From contig CM059432.1 in NCBI GenBank assembly GCA_030390025.1, positions 106,146,001-106,210,000 of the forward strand: DNA of 64,000 nucleotides, written 5' to 3'. This DNA is from Squalus acanthias. Taxonomy: Eukaryota. How positions within the stretch are numbered: position 1 is the stretch's first letter; each line of letters begins with the position of its first letter. Positions 24,713 to 36,419 of this stretch are shown here, piece after piece. Under the pieces are notes generated by a model. It searched no databases. It was not told the DNA's origin and saw nothing but the letters and a program-made list of their open reading frames with translations. The position numbers and the translations under genes were made by a program.

Positions 24713-26322
24713 AATAAAGGAGAGGCGGGGAAAGTCACAGGCACAGTGAACAAAGAAATCAGATGAAGGGCAGCAGTCTCAATGTTTGGAAACTTCTCAC
24801 ATGACACAGGCCTCCAAAACTCAGCTCTGCACTAAGACTAGGAATCAGGTATATCATCTTAAAAGGGCGAACTTCAAATAAATGACAACTACTTAAGCAA
24901 ATTGATTGGAAGAGGTTGTTCAATAACACTTCAGTAGCAGCCAAGTGGATCACTTTTTAAAACATAATACTGAGAATACAGGATGCATACCTAGAATCAG
25001 CAAGCACAGACTAAACAAGTGTAACCCTGAATGGATTAACAAATTAATCAGAAAGGAAATACAGAAGAAAATGACCTACATAAATCCGACAAGGAGAAAC
25101 AGGAATGGGTTCACTGGGATGAATACAGAAACATACAAAGACATATTAAAAGAGTCAGAGGGGCAAAGAGAGATCTAGAAAAAGCAAGAGTAATACATTC
25201 TTTCAGTACTTCAACAGTAAGAGGGTGGTCAGATAAGAGGTGAGAACCACACAAGATGCAAGCAGGCTTGAAACAGTGAATAAGCACAAGATAGTTAATA
25301 TTCAGAATGATGACTTGCTTCAAGTACTCACAATGGAAGACATGAACAACATGCCCTCCCCAATCAGAAATAACAAAGCAGAAATAATTACTTCAAAATA
25401 AATTAGATGAGAGAGTCCTAAAAGGGTTCAACCCTGTGCTGCCTATTTGAAAAATCCATCTAATTAGTTACACCCCTGCTCTTTCCTCATAGCCCTGCAA
25501 ATTTATCCCAGAGTACTAAGAGAGATTAAGGGGATTTGTGAGGCACTGATGATCATTATGAGAGAGTCACTGGACACTGGGGATTTACCAGTAGATTGAA
25601 AACATGCTAACGTGGTCCCCATTTTCAAAAAGGATAACAAAACAGACACAGGCAACTATGGACCCATTCATCTTACTTCAATCCCATGTTAAATAATGGA
25701 ATTATCAGGATTATCTGTACAATCACCGAACAAAACAGCAGTCATCATAGATTCATAAAGGGAGGATCCTGCATGGACAACTTCCTTAATTTTTGAGAAT
25801 GTGTCATCCCAAGTGTACTATGGAAAGCCCTACACTAGACTTCCAAAAGACACTTGACAATGTTCCATACAAAAAGCTATTAATTAAGGTCAAACCTGTT
25901 GGGATTTAGGATAAATCTTGGAAGTGGATAACAAATTGGCTGAAGAATAGAAAGCAATGAGAATTTGTTGGAGGGGATATGTTGGATAGGGAGACGTACT
26001 GAACAGGGTGCCCCAGGGGTCGATGTTGGAATCAGTACTGTTTTTAACTTACTTCAATGACTTGGATTCTGAAACTCAATGCAAATTGCTCAAATTTTCA
26101 GATATCAAACTAGGAAGGACATTGAATTCAGAGGAGGCAACTCAGAAAATATAAAATGTGCTGAGAAAAATATGTAAATAGACAGAACAGCAGTTGAAAC
26201 TTAATACAGGCAAATGTATAATACTATACATAGGACAACACATGTATTCCATGATTGGTTTTGAAATAGCTAAGGATAACATTGATAGAGATAAAGGCGT
26301 CTTATTGGACTCGACACTCAAC

Positions 26323-27338
26323 GGGCTGGATTTTGAATGACCCATGGAGTCGGGTTTGGAGGCGTGTGGGGGGTTAAATTTGCGGGGTCGGGGTTTCCGA
26401 CCCCATCCCGACTCCATCCCGCCTCCACGCAATTTTGACATAATCAGTCGCGGGGTTCCCGACTCCGTCCCGCCTTCAAGAGGTGGGAGAGGCCATTAAA
26501 GCCCTTAACAAGCTCTAAATTGGCTCTGTAATGCCATTTTGAAATGCTGTAGCTAGTTTAACCCTCTTCTGACGTGAAGCATGCCTGGTGTGAAACACTC
26601 CAGTGAAAGCTGGCAGGAGCACAAGTGGATAGCTGACTATGTGTGGGTTAGGTTGATTTGGCTATGATAAATTGACCCTTAGTGTTAGGGGGGATTAAAT
26701 ATGTGGGGTTATGGGGATAGGATGGGATATGTTAGGGGGAATTAAATACGTGGGGTTACGGGGGTAGGGTGGGATATGTGTACTGTGGGGATTAAAGCAG
26801 GGACAGGGTACTGGATTTGGATGATCAGCCATGATTGTATTGAATGGCGGAGCAGGCTCGACGGGCCGAATGGCCTACTCCTGCTCCTAGATTCTATGTT
26901 TCTATGTTTCTATGTTTCTATCGGCTGCAGGTGCACTATTACAACGGAGATGTGATGAAGGTAGTAATAGTATTAGGTCTGAACGCCGCCTCTGATGCTG
27001 CTGCATTGAATGTCTTCAGAGACTGCCTGGGAGGACTTGCTTGGCAAAAATTCTCTCTCTCCCCCCCCATTTTTGCATCCAGGTCCACCCACATCAAAAG
27101 CCAGGCAGATCCTCTCTCACCAACAGTCTCTGAGACTAGCCAGTCAGCAATGATGACATCATCAGAGGCGGCTTTCAGACTGAAAACACTAATTAGTTCA
27201 TGGGTTCCCACATGCTCCAACTCAATTGCCCAATTAAGTGAAAATTGCATCAGGCATCCACATTAATCTGGAGTCGGGGGGGAAACACGAAATGCGGATT
27301 ACACGACCCCAACCCGACCCCAAGACAAAATCCAGCCC
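26323..27338. mobile_element. Non-autonomous TIR element (GGGCTGGATTTT family) with AAC TSD
   Basis: AAC-GGGCTGGATTTTG ... CAAAATCCAGCCC-AAC; homologous to 13153-13893. Confidence 0.9.
26641..26921 (+). mobile_element. 5'-truncated HE1-like V-SINE with CR1-type tail, inside the TIR element
   Basis: Matches the reverse complement of 58521-58862; TTTCTATG tail repeats. Confidence 0.85.
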
Positions 27339-30300
27339 AACATGTCCAACCAATGGAGAGGAGCAATAAACAATGCCAATAGAATGCGAACTATAAAGCC
27401 AACACAGTAGAGTACAAGTCATAGGAAGTCATTTTAAAACTGTATGGCATTCTGGTCAGAACATAACTGGTAACCAAGGCACAGGGGAGACATATAAGCA
27501 CTGGAGCCAGTGCAGAAAAGAGCCACAAGGCTGATTCCCTCGTCTTAAGAGGTCTGAGTTATGAGAAAAGACTGGAAAAGCTTGTGTTTTAGGGCATCAG
27601 AGTGATCTTATAGAGATATAAAAGATAGTAAGTGATATGGAAAAGGTAAATCAAAATGACTTTAAACTAAATTGAGAGAACACGACAAGAAGCTACAGGT
27701 TCAAGCAAGTAAAAGACAAAGTTCTTCTTTGCACAGAGTAATCAAGACAATTGGACAGGAAAAAACCCATTATGGAAATCCACAAGGCCTCTGCCAATAT
27801 TTTATACAATGTGCCCAAAACCAGTCTGGGGTGATTAACCTGCTTAATTTCATTCCCTTCCTATCCAGAAGTGTCTAAACCATGCAATGATACTTTCAGC
27901 TGATTGGAAACCAAGATCCAGAAGTTGGCGAGTTATGGGTATAAGTTCTCATCCTGCCATTTTGTTGTTCAAATACAATTTTTCCAAAAAAGAGACAACA
28001 GGAAAAGGCTAGAAACGTTAAATGTCAATGGAAGCAGAGGCTCGATTTTCCGTTAGAGCTGAGGCAAGAAGCTACAGCTTGCCCATTCTCACCCCAGGCC
28101 AAGTCTCACTCACCAACAGCACTATATGTAAACAAACATGGCAGACTCAATAGCATCTCTCCCTTTACAAGGCAGCAGGACTATGCATTCAAGGATGTGA
28201 AAACTCATCAGTTAGGTTTCTTCTCTCATTTTTTAAACCAGCATTTACAGTGGGCACTGAACATAAAATTTCAAAAAATTATCAGTGTAGCTTCTATTAA
28301 CTGGTGCATTGTTGCACCATCACCAGCATTGCTGCTTGATGTAGTGCCACGATAAAAGCTGGTCCTCACATGCAATCACAACACCTCGTGCCTCAGCCCT
28401 CTCACTCTGTGAGTGCAAGTGCAATGGGGGCGAGGTCACCTACACTCAGTGCACTCTGATTAACTGACCAATCAGTACTGGCGAATGGTTCTAAATCAGA
28501 AGGTTAGACTAACATCTGAGCGCCAACTTCACTGGGTTATTTTGCGTTTGTAAAAGATTATTTCTTAGTAAGCGTACAAAAAAGTGTGTCTGTCCAGAAA
28601 AGGTTCAGAAATCTTCATTCATTTTACCATGAAAAGAGTTGACACCAGATACTCGTTTAACAAAATTAACCTCTAAAGTCAAGGATTTATTATATTAAGA
28701 AGTCACCTGCTTGTGAACACTTTAAAAAAATACCACCTACCAAACATTGGTGCATTTACATAGGCTTAAGTCAATTCATGAAAATTACAAACCTGTCTAA
28801 CAAGATATAGCTGTAGTTGTTTAGATGTGGAGATATGTTTATCGGTAATAGCTCTGCTACTTTTTGTAAGAATAGTATTTAATCGGTCTATATCATAAAT
28901 GAACGGTAATAGATACCCAGTGCCCCATGTCCTGATCATAATGGTTTTATGTCAATAGTCTTTTTTCCTGTAATTCCTTGTACAGATAGATGGGAGTACA
29001 CCTGAAAAAGAAGCAGTCTGTTCTAATGTTTTCTATGTTCTCATTTATGTGTATTAATGGAAAAACAAACTGTGATTATAATGTTTACAATTTACTTTTT
29101 CTTCCATTTTCCTTTTCATTCTTACTTTCTCCTTTTGTATCCATCTTATTACTTCCTATTTGTTATTCACTTTTACTAGTATATTTGTCTGATTCACTTC
29201 TTAAATCCCCCACCCAGAGCCCAAGATAATGAGTAGCATATGCTACAACAAATTGGCCACAGAAAATCTCAGTGGGCATTTTCATAGTTCTCTGGTGCAC
29301 TGGAAATGTAATTTGCGGAAAACCCCGGCGTTTCTTTCTGGGCAGGATCGTGTACGGTTAGAAGTATTGATTAGAAGCCAATAGACCATATGGAAGGTTA
29401 AAAGGCTTTCATAAACCACAAGGCGGCGGCTGGAATGATGTATTTTGGTATATCTGAATCATTGGATTGGAGTACTGCCTTATTTACTGACAATTATCAT
29501 TTATTATTGATAACATGATGGTGAATTTAGCTATTTATCTTTTATAATTGGAGTGTTAAGTTTCCATTGATACTTTACACTGAGGTAGAAACTGAAGCGG
29601 TCAGATTTGCCACTGCCTGAAGACATATTGAACCTGGTGTAGAACGGAGCTTTTCAAATTCTGGGGGACTGCAAGGTCATCAGATTCATGTCTTTCTATC
29701 TGGTCGGCATACCACACGCCACAAACAGTGTTTTTGGACTTCCGTATTATATTTTTTCTTTCTGCATTCTTTGAACACTAGTAGCTGTTCATATTACTAT
29801 ATACAAGTAAAATAATTTAATGCAAAAAAAGCACTAGTGGTGCCGGCAGTTTTTTCGACGTTAGGATAGGGGTTCCTGGAGTATGTCAATACTTGCAGGG
29901 CATCCTTGGAAATATAAAAGCAAAATACTGCGGTTGCTGGAAATCTGAAATAAAAACAGAAAATGCTGGAAATATGTCTATTTGTAGAGGGTTTCAGGAG
30001 TGTCAACATTTGCAGGGATCATCCCATAAAGACAAGTCTGTAAGAAATACAGTACTGACTGGCTATCTGATAGTGATTCTAGTAAAGTTCATTATTATAT
30101 GTATTTTACAAAATAGCCCTGACCCTGAATGTCCCTTGTTCTTGCTTCAGGTAGTGTTTGTTTCCCGCCTTTGGGAGATTTTGTTTATTTTTTCTCTCAG
30201 TATGATGCCGACCACGCTACTGTTCCGTTCCTGGGGAATTCAAATAACATTGCAGAATCATTTTGTAACAGGCCCTGCTATATGTAAATACCGTTACTAT

Positions 30301-32489
30301 TGTTGATAATTACATACAATAAGCTTTCCCAAAATATTTATGGTCCAGACGGTCTTTTATATCGATAAACTTTTGCTTCAATTTATGAAAATAAACTGTA
30401 CTGCCATTTTCTGTCTTAAAACTTGATGCCTTATACTGTGTAAATGATTTGTAAAACTGCTTGGAAATAAACTCCATTCGGTGCATCTGACCGTCGATGG
30501 GGGGGGGGGGGGGCGGCTCGAATCGTTTACCCTGAAGGGCATCCGCTCTCTACGATAATCATTCACCGTTCACACACTGAACCGCTCACACTTTATCACA
30601 TTTCACCCACATCCGCTTCTAGTGCCCTTGTAATTGATTAGGAGTGAACTGAAGGTCATTAAAAGCGAATGCCGAGTTCGAATAATATCGTCATGTGGCG
30701 ATGTGCAGAAACCTGTGCGTTTCCACAGCACCGTTGGACCAAGGTCCTGTTCAAGAAGTTAGTCAGTAAACCACATCTGGATTCGCTTTGCCTTCCTTTC
30801 TCGTGGTGTCCGATTACATCAATATTCCTAATCAACATTTATTCTGATAAAAACGGATACATCAATGAATAGTTGACATTTCACGGAAGTTCACACATTG
30901 GCATCGGGAAATAGCTGAGAAACTTGTCTGTGATATTATGTAAATATTTTTTTAAATGGTATTCCTTTTTCCATTTTGAACTAAAATACTTCCATGTCCC
31001 ATTTAAAATAATACACTGGTTAATTACATGGAAAATTTGACCTACTGGTAATGTTTTCATTTGAATAATATTTCATGGTAGTGGTAGTTGGGAGGAAGAA
31101 CTGTATCTAAATATGTTTCCGTGCAAGACACAACACTGCGTGTTTTCAAACTCTCAGACCAGCAGAACGCAACTCCATCCGAAAAGAAAATCCGATTAAA
31201 ACACAAGGTTAGGAGAGGGCCTACCGTACCAGCTCTCTCTTAATAACCATTGTTCTTCACAAATGTTGCGATGACTCGTCTTTATTCGGGTTGCTGAATT
31301 CGAGTTGATTTGTAAAGACCAGTTCGCTCCAGTTATCAGTTGCGGGCACTGGTTCAAACCTCGGACACTCTGTGCTTGTTTGTTCTATGACGTTTGTTTT
31401 TTCTCTCTGGCTTTATCTTCAATGTAGACGAATTAATAGTGGCAGCAGGCTTGGAGGACAATGGCTGCACTGGGGAGATGGCCTTCAAACTAGGCTGCTG
31501 CTACAAACTCCCACGCCTGTGACCAAGCTGGTTTTTAACATCCAAGAGAACCATGTGTGCAAAATCCGACACTTCATTTTATGAAAAGAAATAAAACAAG
31601 TTTTAATTTCATAAACACAATAATAGTGCAATTGGAGTAAATCCAAACTGCATATAGTGTTTTTATGGTTCATGTGTCTCTTTCATAAAATATGGGTGCA
31701 ACACAGCAGTGACCGTATTTATTTCATATAAAGGAGATTATAATAGTACCAACAATCATGTAAATGGATGCATTTTCAATATTGACACCAATGTTTTCGA
31801 GTAAATCCCTGACGTGCACTTTAAAAAATCTGGTTTTATTCTGTTTTAAACTTTAATTTGTACATTTTCTTCCTAATGGAAACTATTTGACCATTATCTT
31901 AGACGGTATGCCTCAAATCTCAGCAGAATTACTTGTTTATTCTGATTTCATCATTGCACAGCTGGATGTATAGTTTGTTGTCATGTGCTGGAGGTTAAGC
32001 TGCCCTTTAACTGTTTGAGAAGCCTGAGAATCATCAGAAATGTAGGTAATGCCAATTGGGCAATTATCTGCCTGACGAGATTATCAAATTGGTTAGGCAC
32101 AAATCTGACCACAGGAACCGCAGATGCTTCCGCTAGATTGATGGACAGATGCTTCAAGGAGCAGGAAATGGTTAATTCTAACACACTTCTGAAGAGTGGA
32201 AATATGGCTTTATATTTTTATCTTCTACTTTGAATTTTGTTAAAATCACATTCCGCCTTTCCACACCAACTCGTTTACCAATAGTTATACGAGAACTTAA
32301 TAACCAGCAACCTAAAATTATCAATAAGGTTGCGAAGATGTTAAATAAATGGACAATTATTAGTCTTCAAACATAATTGTTAGAAATTCAGTTCACTTAA
32401 TATTGTTAAAACTTGCAATTTACGATTGGTAATTTAGGTTTGGCTTTTGCGTACACTTAAAATCAGTGGCAGGCCATTGGTTCCAACAT

Positions 32490-33020
32490 GGAGTCAGCAC
32501 AGAAGGAGTTCATTTGGTCCATCACGCCTTTGTTGAAAGAGCGACACATTTAGTCCCACCACCCCGCCCTTCAATTCTTTTTGCTCTTTCAAATTTTTAT
32601 CCAGTTCCCTTTTAAATTTATTAGGGATTTTGCCTCCCCCATTGTCCTAACAATCCTTGCATAAAATAATCCAAACCTCTCCCTTGGTTCTTTTGACTTT
32701 ATGATCTTAAATTGAGGGCCCCCTGGTTAGCCACAAACCATCCAGTGGAAATAGATTCTCCAGATTTTTTTTTCATCAAATATCAAAACCTCTTATAATT
32801 TTGAACACCTCTATCAGATATCCTTTTAAACTGTTTTGTTCTACATAAAGGAGTCGCAGATTCTCTAATCTCTCATGATCACTCAGACCCTCTCATCCCT
32901 GATATCGTCTCAGTGTATCTCTTCTGCACCCTCCCGCTGGCCGTCATACCTTTCCTAAAGACGCCCATAAATGACAATATTCTAACTGCCGCCTAACTAA
33001 TGACGTGTATAGTTTTAGCG
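32490..33020 (-). mobile_element. Decayed CR1 3' fragment
   Basis: Weak match to CR1 ORF2 C-terminus and 3' UTR (TTAGTCCCAC, TTTGAACACCTCTATCAGAT). Confidence 0.55.
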
Positions 33021-35496
33021 CCAGTCTAAATAAACAAATATAAATTATTTAATTAATATGTAAATAAGTATGATACTGTAGGTAATTGTCTTCATAAAAA
33101 TCTTATTTGCACAGTTGCGTTCTTAGAACAGGTTAATATTTGTAATAATAATATCCAAAATTAACGGAGAATCAATTAAAATAACTAATGTACTAATATT
33201 TGCGAAGTGTGAGCTGTACAGAAACCCAGTGCCTCTTTGATGGTGGATCTGTTATTTGGGAACCGCTCTTGGTCTACTTTCTTACGCACCTGACGGACGA
33301 AATAAAATATTAAGAAAAGGAAATAAACGGCTTAATTTTCCCAACTGGTAATCTGGAAAATGAGCAGCAGCAGGTAGTTAAGGAAAGAACTAGCCTATCG
33401 GTTGCATTTGTTTGTCGTGCAAAGAAGCCTATTTGTAAACACCAATATCTCTATGTGTTGCTGTCCGACCTTCTCCACCCCTGCTATTGCACTTGTTTTG
33501 GTTCTTTAAAGGACAGATAGTTTTCTCATGTTTATTTAATGCAATTTATTCACGGGTTTAAAATCTGCGGGAAACAAATTGCAATTATAGAAATATACGT
33601 GGAGTTAGGGATTCTGCCGTTATATCTTTGAAAATAACTGGATTTATGCATAGGGACGGTATGGTGCATATCATAGAAAAGTATATTTAAAATTTGTTTT
33701 ATAATTGCAATACGCCTTTAATAATTAGGGCGTGACCAGTAAGTACTAATTGGCCGGTCTTGTGTATTGAATAAAATCATATTGACGTGCTCAAACTTCG
33801 TACATATCGACATCTATCGATAATCATATCCGGTTGCTAACTGTTGGTAAACAGAAGGTTGCTACGTTTAAGTCACATTCCTGCGGTGTGACAATTCTCC
33901 GCTATCCCTTGAATTACTCAAACCCCTTGGGCCTTTAGCGGTTCCCCCTCAAATCCAGGTACAGTACCGTTGCAAAGTATATATCAGCTCCATTTTAGAT
34001 AACATTTTTCCAGCTTAATATAGAATTATAATAATGGCTTTTATTGGAATGCTTAACATCTACACGTAACAAATATGCATAATCATATTGCGTATGAGTT
34101 TGATGGCGGCTGTTAATTAGTTGACTAGATCGCTGTTATCGACAGCCAGAGACACAAAATAGAAAGACTTTTTGAATGTTTCAATGGAAGAATTGCAAAT
34201 GTCTGTCGGAGGAGAGGAAAGTTCAAATTGTCTTTGTTTTGGCAATTATTATAAACAGTGGGTATAGATAACCAAGCAGGAACGAATCTGCAAGATAAGG
34301 AAGCAAAGTTACAAGGCAAGGTGGTGTTTGCCCAGACACATCATCATCCATATTATTTTAACAGTGCCCAAATAATCCGCAATGCTGCGGAAAAATTAGT
34401 TTTTCCACAGTATCACCATCACGGCCAAAAGAAATGTGCTTCCAGTGATCTTCCTAACACGTTGTTAAAATGCCCAAATGTTCAATTAAATATTGCATTA
34501 AAAATAATGGTAAACATTCACTGTAACAGTAAAATTTAGACCCTTACTCAGTCAAGTTGGTAAGATTGTTATATTTGTTCATAGGCTATCAAATGTGTAT
34601 TATGAATCTTAAAATTATGGAATATTTCACATAAAGCAAGGCCATTAAAAATGCAAACCAAGCACTAGGGTTTATTTCTAGAGGGATAGAATTGAAAAGT
34701 AGGCTAAACTTGTGTCGAACCTCGGTTAGACCACACTTGCTGCGTGCAGTTCTGGTCGCCATATTATAAAAAGGATATAGAGGCACTGGAGAGGGTGCAG
34801 AGAAGATTTACAAGGATGATACCAGAAATGCAAGGGTATACATATCAGGAAAGAATGAACAGGCTGGGTCTCTTTTCTCTTAAAAAAAAGGCTGAGGGGT
34901 GACCTAATAGAGTCATAATGGTGCAGAAGGTGGCCATTCGGCCCATCGAGTCCGTGCCGGCTCTCTGTAGAGCAATTCAATCAGTCCCATTCCCCCGCTC
35001 TATCCCCGTAACCCTGCAAGTTTATTTCCCTCAAGTGACTATCCAGTCTCCCCTTGAAAACATTCAATATCTCTGCTTCCACCATTTCTGTCGGCAGCGA
35101 GTTCCAGGTCCTCACCACTCGCAGCGTAAAAAAGTTTTTCCTCACATCCCCCCTGTATCTCTTGCCTTAAATCAGTGTCCCCTAGTCCTTGTACCATCAA
35201 CGAGTGGGAACAGCCTTTCCCCGTCTAGATTATCCAAACCTGTCATAATCTTCCTCTATCAAATCACAGTTCAACCTCCTTTGCTCTAATGAAAACAAAT
35301 CCAGCTTCTCCAACCTGTCCTTGTAGCTAAGATCCCCCATCCCCAGAACCATTCTAGTAAATCTCCTCTGCACCCTCTCAAGTGCCTTCACATCCTTCCT
35401 AAAGTGTGGTGACCAGAACTGGACGCAATACTCCAGTTGTGGCCTAAATAGCGCTTTATAAAGGTTCAGCATAACTTCTCTACTTTTGTACTCAAT

Positions 35497-36257
35497 GGCC
35501 CAGAAATTGGACTTCGATGGTTGCTGCGGGGGTAAGGATCCCCCGCGATATCGCACTCCGCGCCTGCCTTTATGGTTTTGGCCCACACGAACTTCAGTTC
35601 CTGGGCCTCTCCCTGGTGCCGGCGCGCAGTGTGTGCGTGTCCCAGAGGCGCAGTTAGTTCGATGCGACCTCTGGGATCACGTGGGCCAGTTAGAGCCAAT
35701 GGCAGCACACCATCTTTCATTCATAGTTTTGACAGGAAGAGCTGTCAAAGCTATGAATACAACTTGCCCCCAAAAGAACAGCTAAACCTCAATTAAATTT
35801 AAAAAAAACCATCACATTAATAAAATAACTATAGTTAAATAAATTAACCACTTTAAACAAAAATTTAAATTTTTGAAAAAATTTAAATTCTTTTTAAAAG
35901 TTATAAAAATAAACTTACCTTTCTTTAAAGTCTCTAAAAAAGATAAACCTGTTGAAAAAAATTTAAAATACTTAATTAACTACTTACCTTGTTAAAAGGG
36001 GGTCTTACGCCTCCTTTCTTCATGTGTAAAATCTTCAACACTTACCTTCGCGTTCAAATCTGAAAAAAAAACTAAGTGTGCTGCGTGCGCACAGCCTGTA
36101 GTGCGCACGCGGTTCACTTAGGAAATGCCCCCTTCGCAATATCGGAAGTGCCGGTTTCCCGCACATGCGCAGTGCATGCAGGAAACCGGCACTTCGGGAC
36201 CGAATATGAGTGAGTACACAGTGCGTACTCTCCCGTATTCGGACGAATTTCTGGGCC
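35497..36257. mobile_element. Non-autonomous TIR element with AAT TSD
   Basis: AAT-GGCCCAGAAATT ... AATTTCTGGGCC-AAT; GC-rich arms and AT-rich core. Confidence 0.88.
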
Positions 36258-36325
36258 AATACCTCTATTTATGAAAGTGAGAAGTCGCACAACACCAGGT
36301 TATAGTCCAATAGTTTTATTTGAAA

Positions 36326-36363
36326 TCACAAGCTTTCGGAGCTGCTGCCCCTTCGTCAGGTGA
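36326..36363 (-). ncRNA. Minimal hammerhead ribozyme, inverted copy
   Basis: Exact reverse complement of 36382-36419. Confidence 0.7.
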
Positions 36364-36381
36364 AGTGAAGGCTACTTCACT

Positions 36382-36419
36382 TCACCTGACGAAGGGGCAG
36401 CAGCTCCGAAAGCTTGTGA
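36382..36419 (+). ncRNA. Minimal type I hammerhead ribozyme
   Basis: TCAC-CTGACGA-A-GGGGC-AGCA-GCTCC-GAA-AGCT-T-GTGA: conserved core, helix II, helix I TCAC/GTGA, palindromic AGCT helix III. Confidence 0.75.

Larger units (their letters stand above)
24945..27745 (+). mobile_element. Old, highly decayed CR1 ORF2 hosting nested insertions
   Basis: Remnants of ANVVPIFKK, LDFQKTLD.VP and GVPQGS motifs with many frameshifts. Confidence 0.75.

Noticed and set aside
26680..26780. Tandem 43-bp units resembling a CRISPR or satellite array
   Set aside because: Only two units with no unique spacers; internal to a SINE present three times; eukaryotic context
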